From: an uncultured Pseudobdellovibrionaceae bacterium
GTDB taxonomy: Bacteria; Patescibacteriota; Minisyncoccia; Moranbacterales; GCA-2747515
DNA: 64,000 nucleotides
Assembly (NCBI GenBank): GCA_964463705.1
Contig: CAYXCH010000006.1
Location: 32,576-96,575 of the forward strand
Direction: 5' to 3'
The translations under genes were made by a program, and so were the position numbers. Under the pieces are notes generated by a model, which saw nothing but the letters and a program-made list of their open reading frames with translations, was not told the DNA's origin and made no database searches. Shown here piece by piece: positions 10,156 to 19,695 of the stretch (positions are counted from its first letter, which is position 1; each line of letters opens with the position of its first letter).

Positions 10156-11361
10156 TTATAACTGAATTCGGTAGAGTTTTTGATCCAGCATGTTAATAAA
10201 GAACAGTGCATCTTCATCCGGAGATAAAAACGGTTGACTAACTTTATATCGCACTGCTGAAGAAACAACATCATCAACTGGAACAACACGATCTTTTTTA
10301 TTTGTTGTAACATTGATTTTCCAAAATGTATCCCGATCCGCCGTCGGAAATGCACAATAAATTGTCACACTGTCTTTACTCCATGCACACTTGCTTACAT
10401 TTGTAGGAATACGAAGTGGACGGTATTCTCCTCCGTTTGCATTGGCAACACCGAGCATCCTCTCATTACTTCCCTTTACCACCGTAGAGCTGATTAAAAT
10501 AATCTGACCGTTCGGTGAAAACAGGTAGTCCGCATTATAATGCCCTTGAAAAAGTGTTTTTGGTGACGGTGACGCATCCAGCAAATTTACCACTTGTAAC
10601 CGGGTTTTCTCAAAAGGATTTGGCGCTCGCCAAAACGCAACACGAGAGGACTGGGGAATATTTACAAAACGTGAACCTCGTGGAATATCTCGTGCAATAA
10701 CTCGCCACTGTGATCCATCCGGCTGTGCCACATTCAATGTCGTTCTTCGTGTCACAGAATCAAAGTATGTGTAGAGAATTCGATCCCCAACTGTTGTCCA
10801 GTCCACGCGATCCACACCCGGCTTTAATGGCACTCCCTTCTGAGTGCGATGATCAAAGAAATAGATTCGTGTACCACCTGATGGATCTACAAATTTTGTT
10901 AATACACGCTGACCATCCGGCGCCCATGCCGCATAAACAAAGTTCTTTAATGGAACGTCGGAAAACGAACGCGGTGATCCTCCCAACAGCGGCACCTCCC
11001 ACACCGTTCCATCTTCTGCCGCATAGTACCGAATCACCTGCTTCTCCTCATCAACATAAGGAGAAACTACAGCATGACGTGAAACCGGAATGATACGACT
11101 TTTTGTTACTGATGGCGCACGATCTTCTGTGTAGGGAGAGGGTGTTGATGATGATGTTGACGATGAAGTTTCTCCTGATGACTCTTCCGTTTGTTCCTTC
11201 CGATCCGTTTTTGATGACTTCTTATCATTGTCTCGTGACGAATCAGAGGTAGTTGTACGCATCACTGTCTGTGTTGGTGGCGTAAACGCAAACCGATAAA
11301 TGCCCAAAAACATCAGAATAACCACCAGTAGAATCGTTGAAACAATAAATACTTTCTTCAT
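10156..11361 (-). CDS. Membrane-anchored beta-propeller (TolB-like) protein
   Basis: N-terminal TM, S/T-rich linker, repeats WAPDG, FSPNG, WSKD, LSPDE. Confidence 0.7.
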   Translation of the reverse strand: MKKVFIVSTILLVVILMFLGIYRFAFTPPTQTVMRTTTSDSSRDNDKKSSKTDRKEQTEESSGETSSSTSSSTPSPYTEDRAPSVTKSRIIPVSRHAVVSPYVDEEKQVIRYYAAEDGTVWEVPLLGGSPRSFSDVPLKNFVYAAWAPDGQRVLTKFVDPSGGTRIYFFDHRTQKGVPLKPGVDRVDWTTVGDRILYTYFDSVTRRTTLNVAQPDGSQWRVIARDIPRGSRFVNIPQSSRVAFWRAPNPFEKTRLQVVNLLDASPSPKTLFQGHYNADYLFSPNGQIILISSTVVKGSNERMLGVANANGGEYRPLRIPTNVSKCAWSKDSVTIYCAFPTADRDTFWKINVTTNKKDRVVPVDDVVSSAVRYKVSQPFLSPDEDALFFINMLDQKLYRIQL

Positions 11362-11373
11362 GGTGCCTGAATA

Positions 11374-14300
11374 TTAGATTCGTGGTGTCTTTCGTACCGG
11401 ATACATGCGCCACAGCAACATCATCAGAACAACAACCACTGCCACCGAAACAAATATTCGGAATAAGAATAGGGTCATTCCCGGCGCTGCCGCTCCAATA
11501 GCTGCCATAAACGCCCCCGGTGCATCCCGACGAACGATGGGATTCTCCGTGTACTCAATCTGCATATTTCCCTCAAAGCGAATCGGGGCAAGGTCTTGAT
11601 CTGTCATTTGCCATGTCGTCCGAAGAACATCGCGAACCTCCGGTGTCGGCTGATAGAGCGCTTTTACTTTAATATTTGTGCTCTCACCGGCATTACGCTT
11701 TGTTCCATCTACCGTAATAGTATCTCCTGTTTCCGGCCGATAGACACTTTCCATAAACCACGCCACTGTCGTATCGGGAGCAATCCACCGTGGATGAACG
11801 GACTCAACGATATTCATTGTGGATTTCGGATATGCCAAGAATACCTGATCACTGTATAAGACACGGCCGGCATCCGAATCTCCGGTATATGACTGCGTCT
11901 TCTTCCGATAAACGCCCGTACACGCTCCAACAGATTTATCCGGATCTGTTGGAGATAGCTTGTCACAGAATGATACATAGGGCGCAACAACCTGGAATGT
12001 TCGTGATACATCCACCGCCGCACCGGAGCCATATCCACCACCGGCTTGTTGACCGATACTGTTTGCCGAAACCGATACCGTAAACTTTGTTCCCACATCA
12101 CCCTGTACGGGCAACACCAGGCACGCCCCCGAGGAAATATTTGTGCTTCCGTCCGCACTACACCCGATACCGTACGGATTTTGCACCGGTCGTCCGTTTA
12201 ATTTCCATCGATAGTTCGTGTACCGTGCAATTCCTCCACCACTCGTGGTTTCATTCAATACAATCTTTAATAACTGATTCTTTACCACCGGACATCGCAC
12301 CAATTGCGCATCATTATCTTCACAAATCCTCTGATCATCAGGACTGGATTGCGCTGTTCCGCCGGAGGTAACCACTTCTGCCGCCGATCGCACCGTATAC
12401 ACAAGCATACGATTAGATGCTCGGGTCACTCGAAAAATTACTTCTCCCAATCCGCGACTTACATCATATTGATGCAACTCTGCCGACCCCAGATCAAATG
12501 CCTCCTCAATCTCCACTCGTGCCCGAAGGTATGTTACATCCTTTCCCGGTGGGAAGATTTTATCATTATGTAAGTTTAATTTGAACCGGAGTGTGGACAG
12601 TCCATTCCCCTCCATTGGCGACAATTCCGCTTCGGGAAAATCAAAGACTCCGCGCCCTGCCGCCCCACCGGCGATCAACCCATCTCGCCAGTTTCGTGGA
12701 TCAAAATCTGCCGTTCCATCGGCGCTCTTGTATAGCCGCCACCGATATCGTAAACGATCACTGGGGTACTTGGCATTGAGAATTGTTGCCGTAATTGTTA
12801 CCGTATCTCCCATGTTAAGATGGTTGCCGGTAAGAGAGTTTACCTCATCATTTACCGGGTTATTGGGCTCTACCGTTAATTCAATATCCAGTTTTCGGGC
12901 CGCTCCACCGCGGGTAGGTGATACCAGTGCATGCGGAGAACTTGACAAACACCGATTAAATGCCTCTTCCGGTGATGTATCAGCAAATGCGATTGCGGGA
13001 ATACTTACATCGTATCCTTTGATTTTCACCTTGTATGCACCCGTTGTTGTCGGTACGGAATTATTAACCATTCCGGAGTAGTCACACGCATTATTGACGG
13101 TGGCAAACATGATCATATTTGACGAGTCCCGGTGCTTTGTCGGCAAAATGGACTCTCCTTCCACAACAACACCCACCTGATCTCCCGGTGTATAAATCCA
13201 TGAGAATACCATTTGTCCAAGACCTACGACCGTCGCCTCGTCCTTCACACCATTTTCCGAGGTGTCATTATCAAACGGGTCTGTGTAGTAAAAATCCTCA
13301 TCAATTTTTGGAAAGGCGCCGTCAACTCCTCCTACCTGTGCCGCATCATCGGTATAATCGCCGGTTCTCCGTGGGAAAAGGTGAAATCGCTCAATATCAT
13401 CCTGTGTAATCGGTTGCGGGTTACATGTATCAATCAGATCACTTTCATCAAAGATATCCTTCCCCGTACTTTCTACACCAAACTGCTCTACACCATAAAG
13501 CTCTGCCTCACAAGAATAATACCGATCCAGTACGAATGTATCGGAGCTTGTCATAATGGCATTCTCCTCCAAATTATCTAACTCCTCCGCGGTAATCGGA
13601 GTGGGAACACCATCAACGACAACGGCGGCGGCAAAGCGCGGAGGCGGCCAGAAAGACTGTAATGCGTTAATGTCTTCATCATTACACTGAAACGGAATGA
13701 ACTGCTCATTTGGCTCTACAACATAATTCCCTCCCTCAAGATCTCCCGGCTCACCGATAGGATCATTGCCCGCCTTAGGATCACCGGCAAGATCAGCACC
13801 ACGAGCAATATACAACCATCGCAGCTCTGCCAGTGCATCTTGTCGCTCTTTCTGTTCATCAATTGTATACTCTAACGACTCTTCCGGAACACAGACAGGT
13901 ATTGCGCCCCCATCACATTCCGGCTTTGCTATACTATTAGCAACCTCTTCAAATAATGAGCCTAGTAAACCTCCACTGGAGCGCTCCTCTACGATTGCCG
14001 GACATTCCGGTATACCAACGACACTGCAGATATTAAACGTATTCTCATCAGAAGTAATATTAACGGAAACAATTGTCGTAGACTCTTGCTCTCCGCGTGC
14101 ACTTCCACCATCGCCACCATCGCCACCGCCAGCGGTACCGGAAGATCCGGTAGCACTTGCATCACCACCTTTACCTCCTTTACCGCCCTCTGCCTCTATC
14201 TCCATACGACGATCTCGATCGATGCCACGTGTAATCTGTTTTGCCGGACATGTCAGCGTCTTGTTCGCCACACATACCGGCACCTTTCCCTCCGGACAAT

Positions 14301-15027
14301 TGAAAACCTCATCCGCATTTACACTCCTAACAATTTCATAGTTTTTTCCGGAATTAAAGTCATGAAGATAGTAAAAATATGGCTTTAAGTCACCCACGGA
14401 ACTCCGCGAACGATCACCACCGGGATAGGCAACATACCCATCTTGATCCGTATCACTATCATCCGCTGCATCATCCGCATACTGGATATCAAACCCCCCA
14501 CCGGCAAGTACACGAGCCGCTTCAATTTTCCAGTCCTGCACATCATAGACACCATCATCATTGTAGTCGCAGTCCTCTCCTTCCACTTCTTCTACCACAC
14601 CATTAATCTCCCGAATTGGCGCCGCACCCAAACCATCGCCACACCGGGCACGCTTTAAATACCATGTATAATACAATGTCTCCGGTTCACCTTTAAAAAA
14701 CTTCGCAAATGCTCGGGCGGTAATTTTTTGTCCCGGTTGCGGATCATTGGGAGCAAACAAAATTTGCACTTCCGGCGCTAATGTTTTATTACCACCAACA
14801 TTCGCCACCTCTCCAATATCCCGTACTGATTCCTGACTTACATGATAGCGCTTCTCCGCCCCGCCAAGAATATCATCAATATCCGGAACTCCCAATGCTT
14901 TCCCGGCAGCACCAAAAAGACCACCTAAGGCTTTACCGAATAGTCCCGCATCTACCGGCACCGCTGTCAATAAAAAAATCTGTACAATCACCGTAACAGT
15001 CATTGCAAATTTTCGTATTGTTTTCAT
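11374..15027 (-). CDS. Large secreted/surface protein: acidic, Cys-rich, C-terminal membrane anchor
   Basis: Signal peptide from ATG 15027 (MKTIRK...VDA), DxDxDG-type motifs, Gly-rich segment, C-terminal TM. Confidence 0.8.
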   Translation of the reverse strand: MKTIRKFAMTVTVIVQIFLLTAVPVDAGLFGKALGGLFGAAGKALGVPDIDDILGGAEKRYHVSQESVRDIGEVANVGGNKTLAPEVQILFAPNDPQPGQKITARAFAKFFKGEPETLYYTWYLKRARCGDGLGAAPIREINGVVEEVEGEDCDYNDDGVYDVQDWKIEAARVLAGGGFDIQYADDAADDSDTDQDGYVAYPGGDRSRSSVGDLKPYFYYLHDFNSGKNYEIVRSVNADEVFNCPEGKVPVCVANKTLTCPAKQITRGIDRDRRMEIEAEGGKGGKGGDASATGSSGTAGGGDGGDGGSARGEQESTTIVSVNITSDENTFNICSVVGIPECPAIVEERSSGGLLGSLFEEVANSIAKPECDGGAIPVCVPEESLEYTIDEQKERQDALAELRWLYIARGADLAGDPKAGNDPIGEPGDLEGGNYVVEPNEQFIPFQCNDEDINALQSFWPPPRFAAAVVVDGVPTPITAEELDNLEENAIMTSSDTFVLDRYYSCEAELYGVEQFGVESTGKDIFDESDLIDTCNPQPITQDDIERFHLFPRRTGDYTDDAAQVGGVDGAFPKIDEDFYYTDPFDNDTSENGVKDEATVVGLGQMVFSWIYTPGDQVGVVVEGESILPTKHRDSSNMIMFATVNNACDYSGMVNNSVPTTTGAYKVKIKGYDVSIPAIAFADTSPEEAFNRCLSSSPHALVSPTRGGAARKLDIELTVEPNNPVNDEVNSLTGNHLNMGDTVTITATILNAKYPSDRLRYRWRLYKSADGTADFDPRNWRDGLIAGGAAGRGVFDFPEAELSPMEGNGLSTLRFKLNLHNDKIFPPGKDVTYLRARVEIEEAFDLGSAELHQYDVSRGLGEVIFRVTRASNRMLVYTVRSAAEVVTSGGTAQSSPDDQRICEDNDAQLVRCPVVKNQLLKIVLNETTSGGGIARYTNYRWKLNGRPVQNPYGIGCSADGSTNISSGACLVLPVQGDVGTKFTVSVSANSIGQQAGGGYGSGAAVDVSRTFQVVAPYVSFCDKLSPTDPDKSVGACTGVYRKKTQSYTGDSDAGRVLYSDQVFLAYPKSTMNIVESVHPRWIAPDTTVAWFMESVYRPETGDTITVDGTKRNAGESTNIKVKALYQPTPEVRDVLRTTWQMTDQDLAPIRFEGNMQIEYTENPIVRRDAPGAFMAAIGAAAPGMTLFLFRIFVSVAVVVVLMMLLWRMYPVRKTPRI

Positions 15028-15040
15028 AATATATGTCCTG

Positions 15041-15676
15041 TTATACCGCATAGATTCGCACCATAAGAATAACCCCGCTTGTGAGGAAAAAAAATAACAT
15101 CGGTGAAGATAGTGCGCGTGCAAAGTACCCGATGAGCGCCGCCATCACCATTGCCACCGTTCCTCCGATAACCCCGACACCTATCTCTCCCGATGTTACC
15201 AACACTGAACATAGGGTAACAGCAAGTACTGTCATTATTCCCTGTCGCCATAAACCGCATCCAATCACTCCACCATAGAAAAACGCATGGACAATAGCGG
15301 AATACATTAACAATGCACTATACATTATCATTGATAATCCCTCCTGTGCAATTCCCGGAATCCGAATAACTTGTTCCAGTTCACGATTCATCGTAATCGC
15401 TACAAAAAATACCAGAGAGAGTGCCGCTGATGACAACAACGCCAATATCACTCCTCGCATTCCACCCCGACGACGAATACCATACGTGGAGAGCGGAAGC
15501 CGCGCTCCAAAATGGAGTGTAAATACCGGCAATGCCACAAAAAACGCAGTCAATACAATAACGTCCTGAATAACCGTTTCTCGAGGGAACACGCGATACA
15601 GCACCGCCGCACTCAGTGCCGTCATAATAATAATCATATCCCGACGATCAGGAAGAAATTTGTGGATTGCTTGCAT
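15041..15676 (-). CDS. Polytopic membrane protein (possibly degenerate CPBP/Abi-like)
   Basis: About 6-7 hydrophobic segments; canonical EE-xxFRG motif replaced by HAFFYG. Confidence 0.6.
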   Translation of the reverse strand: MQAIHKFLPDRRDMIIIMTALSAAVLYRVFPRETVIQDVIVLTAFFVALPVFTLHFGARLPLSTYGIRRRGGMRGVILALLSSAALSLVFFVAITMNRELEQVIRIPGIAQEGLSMIMYSALLMYSAIVHAFFYGGVIGCGLWRQGIMTVLAVTLCSVLVTSGEIGVGVIGGTVAMVMAALIGYFARALSSPMLFFFLTSGVILMVRIYAV

Positions 15677-15683
15677 ATGTCCA

Positions 15684-17513
15684 TTATATCACATCCTGCC
15701 GTTGTGCTGATGCATTCCGCTGCGACTGTTTAATTTCCAATAACTGCCGCGGATCCGTTGTAATAATCTGATCCTCGCTATATGAAGCAACAACCTTGAT
15801 CGCTACATGTTTGGTACCGGCAAATAGGATCCCCTCTCCAACATTGCTCTCCAACAAAAGGTATTTCTCCTCATCGGTAAGATAGAATGTTTCCTGCACT
15901 GTCTGCGCCGATGCTGTTGATTGTTTTAACAACAGCTGCAATGATGAGTTTGTTACGATTGGCTTTCCATACCGCGATCCCATAAAATCGGAAATATCCT
16001 GAGTGATTGTTGTCAATCCCGTATAGTACTTACGACACCGCTTGGCGATCCCAAACAAAAAGCTTGCCGCATCTTCTTTCTGCATCATAACCCATGCCTC
16101 ATCCACAATTACCAAGCGGCGCCGTAATTCCGCCCGCATCTTATCCCAAATAAACTGTAACGCGATGTACATGGCAATCGGCCGCAACTCCTCTTCAAGA
16201 TCACGAATATTAAAGACGATAAGATCTGCATTTGTTTTAATATTCGTATGATTATTGAGAAATCCGGAAAAAATTCCTCGTGTATACTTCTCCAATCGTG
16301 CGGAAAGAGATTCCGCTCCCTCCATATTTTCCAGTACTTGCGCAAGATCTGTCATCGTTGGGAATGCTTCCGGCGGAAGATTGCTGAAATCTTTGTCTTC
16401 CGTAATGTCACGAATGGCATACGTCTCCCGTAATGCCGTATCCAAAATAGAATCCTCTTCCGGCGTGGTAGATCCCAACATAATCCTCAATAACCCAATC
16501 AGCATTGCAATATTGGAGCGCAATACCTCTGCGGGACTTTCATCTTCTCCGACACGCGGCAGATCAAAAGGATTAATAAACGACCGTGATTTCAATGACA
16601 ACTGAATAAATGTCCCATTAACCGTATTACACAAATGCCGGTATTCATTTTCCGGATCAATCACAAATACTTGCGTCCCAAACATCATGGAACGAAGAAT
16701 TTCCAGCTTCACGGCATAACTTTTTCCCGCACCGGATTTGGCAAAGATTACCATATTGGCATTAGGCATCGTAAACCGATCCAGAATTACCAATGAGTTA
16801 TTGTGTCGATTGATTCCGTATAAGATGCCATCATCAGATGAAAGTGTTGAAGATACAAACGGGAACGTTGTTGATAATGGCTGAGTGTTCAAATTGTTTC
16901 CAACATCAATTTCATCATTCGCCAGGGGCAACGTAGAGGCAAATCCCTGCTCCATGCGCAACACTGCCGATTTAACAAATACCAACTGCGCTTCCAGGAT
17001 AGCCTGCACTTCTTTCTCCGCTTTCGTTAAGTTTTCCGTACTGTCGGCGTAAATGGTAATATATAATCCAAAGCGAAAAAAGTGCTCTGTTCCCTGCAAT
17101 AACTTGTCGCGCAGTGCCTCAATGTCCTGCAACGCCGTTTCCAACATTGGATTACGTACTTTCCCCTCTTCGCGCTCAATAGCAATTTGCGACTCTACTT
17201 GTGTTACGCTCCGACGCAATTTTTTCAGAATATCATTCGTTCGGATAGGGTGAATGAAGTACGCAATATCCATCGGTAAATCAAGGTTGATAATGGGAGA
17301 AAACCAGTTTGTTTGCAAATATCGCGGATAAGCCGTTACAAACAATGTTTTTGCATATACCTCTCCAATTGCCAAATGCATCGGTGAAACACGAACGGCG
17401 CTAGGCGCAATAAGACCGCGAACTGTTGCCACACCTCGCTGAAAAATTTTCTCCGCCTCTACAATCGATGTTTCTTCCGGTGAAGATGCATGTTGTTTCA
17501 ATATTTGTACCAT
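15684..17513 (-). CDS. VirB4/TraC-like ATPase
   Basis: YGIN, AKSGAGKS Walker A, IDPENEY, VIVDEAW Walker B, RKY...TQ. Confidence 0.9.
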   Translation of the reverse strand: MVQILKQHASSPEETSIVEAEKIFQRGVATVRGLIAPSAVRVSPMHLAIGEVYAKTLFVTAYPRYLQTNWFSPIINLDLPMDIAYFIHPIRTNDILKKLRRSVTQVESQIAIEREEGKVRNPMLETALQDIEALRDKLLQGTEHFFRFGLYITIYADSTENLTKAEKEVQAILEAQLVFVKSAVLRMEQGFASTLPLANDEIDVGNNLNTQPLSTTFPFVSSTLSSDDGILYGINRHNNSLVILDRFTMPNANMVIFAKSGAGKSYAVKLEILRSMMFGTQVFVIDPENEYRHLCNTVNGTFIQLSLKSRSFINPFDLPRVGEDESPAEVLRSNIAMLIGLLRIMLGSTTPEEDSILDTALRETYAIRDITEDKDFSNLPPEAFPTMTDLAQVLENMEGAESLSARLEKYTRGIFSGFLNNHTNIKTNADLIVFNIRDLEEELRPIAMYIALQFIWDKMRAELRRRLVIVDEAWVMMQKEDAASFLFGIAKRCRKYYTGLTTITQDISDFMGSRYGKPIVTNSSLQLLLKQSTASAQTVQETFYLTDEEKYLLLESNVGEGILFAGTKHVAIKVVASYSEDQIITTDPRQLLEIKQSQRNASAQRQDVI

Positions 17514-17530
17514 GGAATATGGTGTTAATT

Positions 17531-18226
17531 CTATAACCCCTTCAAGTCCAGCGTATCAATATTCTCTGACAGCGATGTGCTGGTAAATAAGGAGGGATTA
17601 TATGCATTATACAACAGCTCCAATACTTCCTCCGTATTCAACATTCGTCCGCGCACTCCGGTTCCCCCGAGTGCCGCCGCCACATGATCTACTCGTTGAA
17701 ACAACTGATTTTTATATGTTTCAAATCTCTCTCGCTTACGTGCAATTTTGTGTGCCGGGTGTAGTGCATGAAACAATCGGAGAAATATACTCTCTCCCTC
17801 ACTTTCCACGGGAGAAAACGGCACAACGACATAAAAATATTTTGTCATAATGTTCCGTACCTCCGTTAATTCACTAATGTATGCGCGGTACTCCATAATT
17901 TGCATACGAAGCGCCTCATTCTCCGTCATCCGCTCTCGTTTATCAATTTTCTTCAAGTATGGGGCAATATTAAGACGACGAGAATTAATAACGATTTGTA
18001 CGGGAAAATCCAATGAGTTTAAAAAACTCTGATACTGAATAATAATCGCATCTTGCTCTTTTTCCGATTTCAACTCAAAATTAATGGAAGACATCATTAC
18101 AATAGCACGCAATGAACCGTTCCGTAAGACGATAACACCATCGTGTACCGACTCTACGTCCACATATTTCAATGTGCTGGATCCCGATGGCCCCGTACTC
18201 AGTGATGTAGAATGTAATCGCTCCAT
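17531..18226 (-). CDS. TraC/VirB4-associated protein
   Basis: SSINFELKSEKEQDAI...FLNSLDFPVQI motif typical of genes between prgI and virB4. Confidence 0.7.
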   Translation of the reverse strand: MERLHSTSLSTGPSGSSTLKYVDVESVHDGVIVLRNGSLRAIVMMSSINFELKSEKEQDAIIIQYQSFLNSLDFPVQIVINSRRLNIAPYLKKIDKRERMTENEALRMQIMEYRAYISELTEVRNIMTKYFYVVVPFSPVESEGESIFLRLFHALHPAHKIARKRERFETYKNQLFQRVDHVAAALGGTGVRGRMLNTEEVLELLYNAYNPSLFTSTSLSENIDTLDLKGL

Positions 18227-18231
18227 AACTA

Positions 18232-18699
18232 CTACTTCTTCTTTGTTACCGTGTTGGCAGAAATTTCATCAAATCGCTCAGGGTGAACTGCTCCCTCCGT
18301 ATCCAGCACAGTGGAAAGTGTTGACAAATCTTCTTCGCTCAGTTTTGCTTGTTCCCGATAGAACTGAGATTTATACTGGGTCTTTGGCGGTGGAGCGGTA
18401 GGTGTAGCCGATGATGATTTTGGCACACGCTTCCACACATAAATTTTTGGCTGGAAAAGATATGTCAGTGCATATCCAATGAATACAACCAGCGGAACAC
18501 CCTGCGGACGATAAAATGCCAGCGCAACAAATATCAATACGACGGGAATCCCGATAATGTAAAATGCTTCCTGGCTAAATACATTCCATAGTATCAACAG
18601 TATCGCCCCCATCGCAAGAAACCACAAAAACTGTCGTGCCGTCAACGGACCGGCAATTTTATCTTCAACATTGATAAACTGCGGTACGCTGAAAATCAT
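18232..18699 (-). CDS. PrgI-family (VirB3-like) membrane protein
   Basis: VPQFINVEDKIAGPLTARQF, two TM helices, PKIYVWK. Confidence 0.88.
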   Translation of the reverse strand: MIFSVPQFINVEDKIAGPLTARQFLWFLAMGAILLILWNVFSQEAFYIIGIPVVLIFVALAFYRPQGVPLVVFIGYALTYLFQPKIYVWKRVPKSSSATPTAPPPKTQYKSQFYREQAKLSEEDLSTLSTVLDTEGAVHPERFDEISANTVTKKK

Positions 18700-19679
18700 A
18701 CGGTTGTATTATGTTTTGCGTCCGATGATCGTTCTCGCGCAAATACTTGTGGTGATGAGAACCTTACATATCCCATCGGAGTGGATGGTGATGCTGATTT
18801 TATTGTACCACGATTTCCGGTACGTGTCGCCCCGGTGGCAGTGGTAGATAGTTTATCAGGTGATGTACGAGAAGAATTCGCTGCTTTTCTCTCTGATGTG
18901 GGAGCAGGTGTATGCGCTACAGATGATGAAATACCTTCACGATGTGGAATATCCTGTGGAGCCGGAAATATAATAGCCGGCTGAGCGGTATTGATTACCA
19001 ATGGAATCTTCTCATCATAAGACTTTAAAATCATTGCAACACGCTGTCGTTCCTGCGGCGAAAGTGATTTTGTATTGCGATTATGAAATAGATACTTCCC
19101 CCGATCAATTGCATTATGTGTACGAGATCCCATCACTGATCGATAATTCTGCAGCCAATTCTCCACCGTCCCCGGAACGTGTTCCGGCATAATAATATCC
19201 TGCTGTGTAATACGCTGAATGGCAATATCGGGAAACTGTTTTAGTGCCGCTGTTAATGGCATACGAACATTAGCATTGACGATCTCCTTCCGAATAACAC
19301 GCCGTACCAATACTTGTGCAATCTGTGCCGCCACCGATGCCTCCACACCGGTGTGTTCTTGAATATATGCCGCAAACCGTTCCAATGGCAGTTCTTCAAA
19401 GTAGAACAGCCGCACCGCCCGTGAAAGATATGCCGCCTGTTCAACAGATAGTGAGTATTGCTTACTGATTTCTTTAATTTTCTTGTCCGTTTCCTCTGAT
19501 GCAAGAATGTCTTTAGCGCTGTCACTTAATGCAAAAAACTTCCTCCATCGCTCGGCATTTTCCTCCTCTGTTTCCCGCGGACTTGTCGGTACCCACATTG
19601 GCGAATAGCTTTGCACTATATATACATCATTTGGTGATATGACAGAAGAGGCGGTATGATGATGAGACTGATTAGGCAT
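18696..19679 (-). CDS. Conserved hypothetical protein in the T4SS-like operon
   Basis: 327-aa ORF, stop overlaps the prgI start (ATGA). Confidence 0.75.
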   Translation of the reverse strand: MPNQSHHHTASSVISPNDVYIVQSYSPMWVPTSPRETEEENAERWRKFFALSDSAKDILASEETDKKIKEISKQYSLSVEQAAYLSRAVRLFYFEELPLERFAAYIQEHTGVEASVAAQIAQVLVRRVIRKEIVNANVRMPLTAALKQFPDIAIQRITQQDIIMPEHVPGTVENWLQNYRSVMGSRTHNAIDRGKYLFHNRNTKSLSPQERQRVAMILKSYDEKIPLVINTAQPAIIFPAPQDIPHREGISSSVAHTPAPTSERKAANSSRTSPDKLSTTATGATRTGNRGTIKSASPSTPMGYVRFSSPQVFARERSSDAKHNTTV

Positions 19680-19695
19680 ACGTCATATTATTAAA

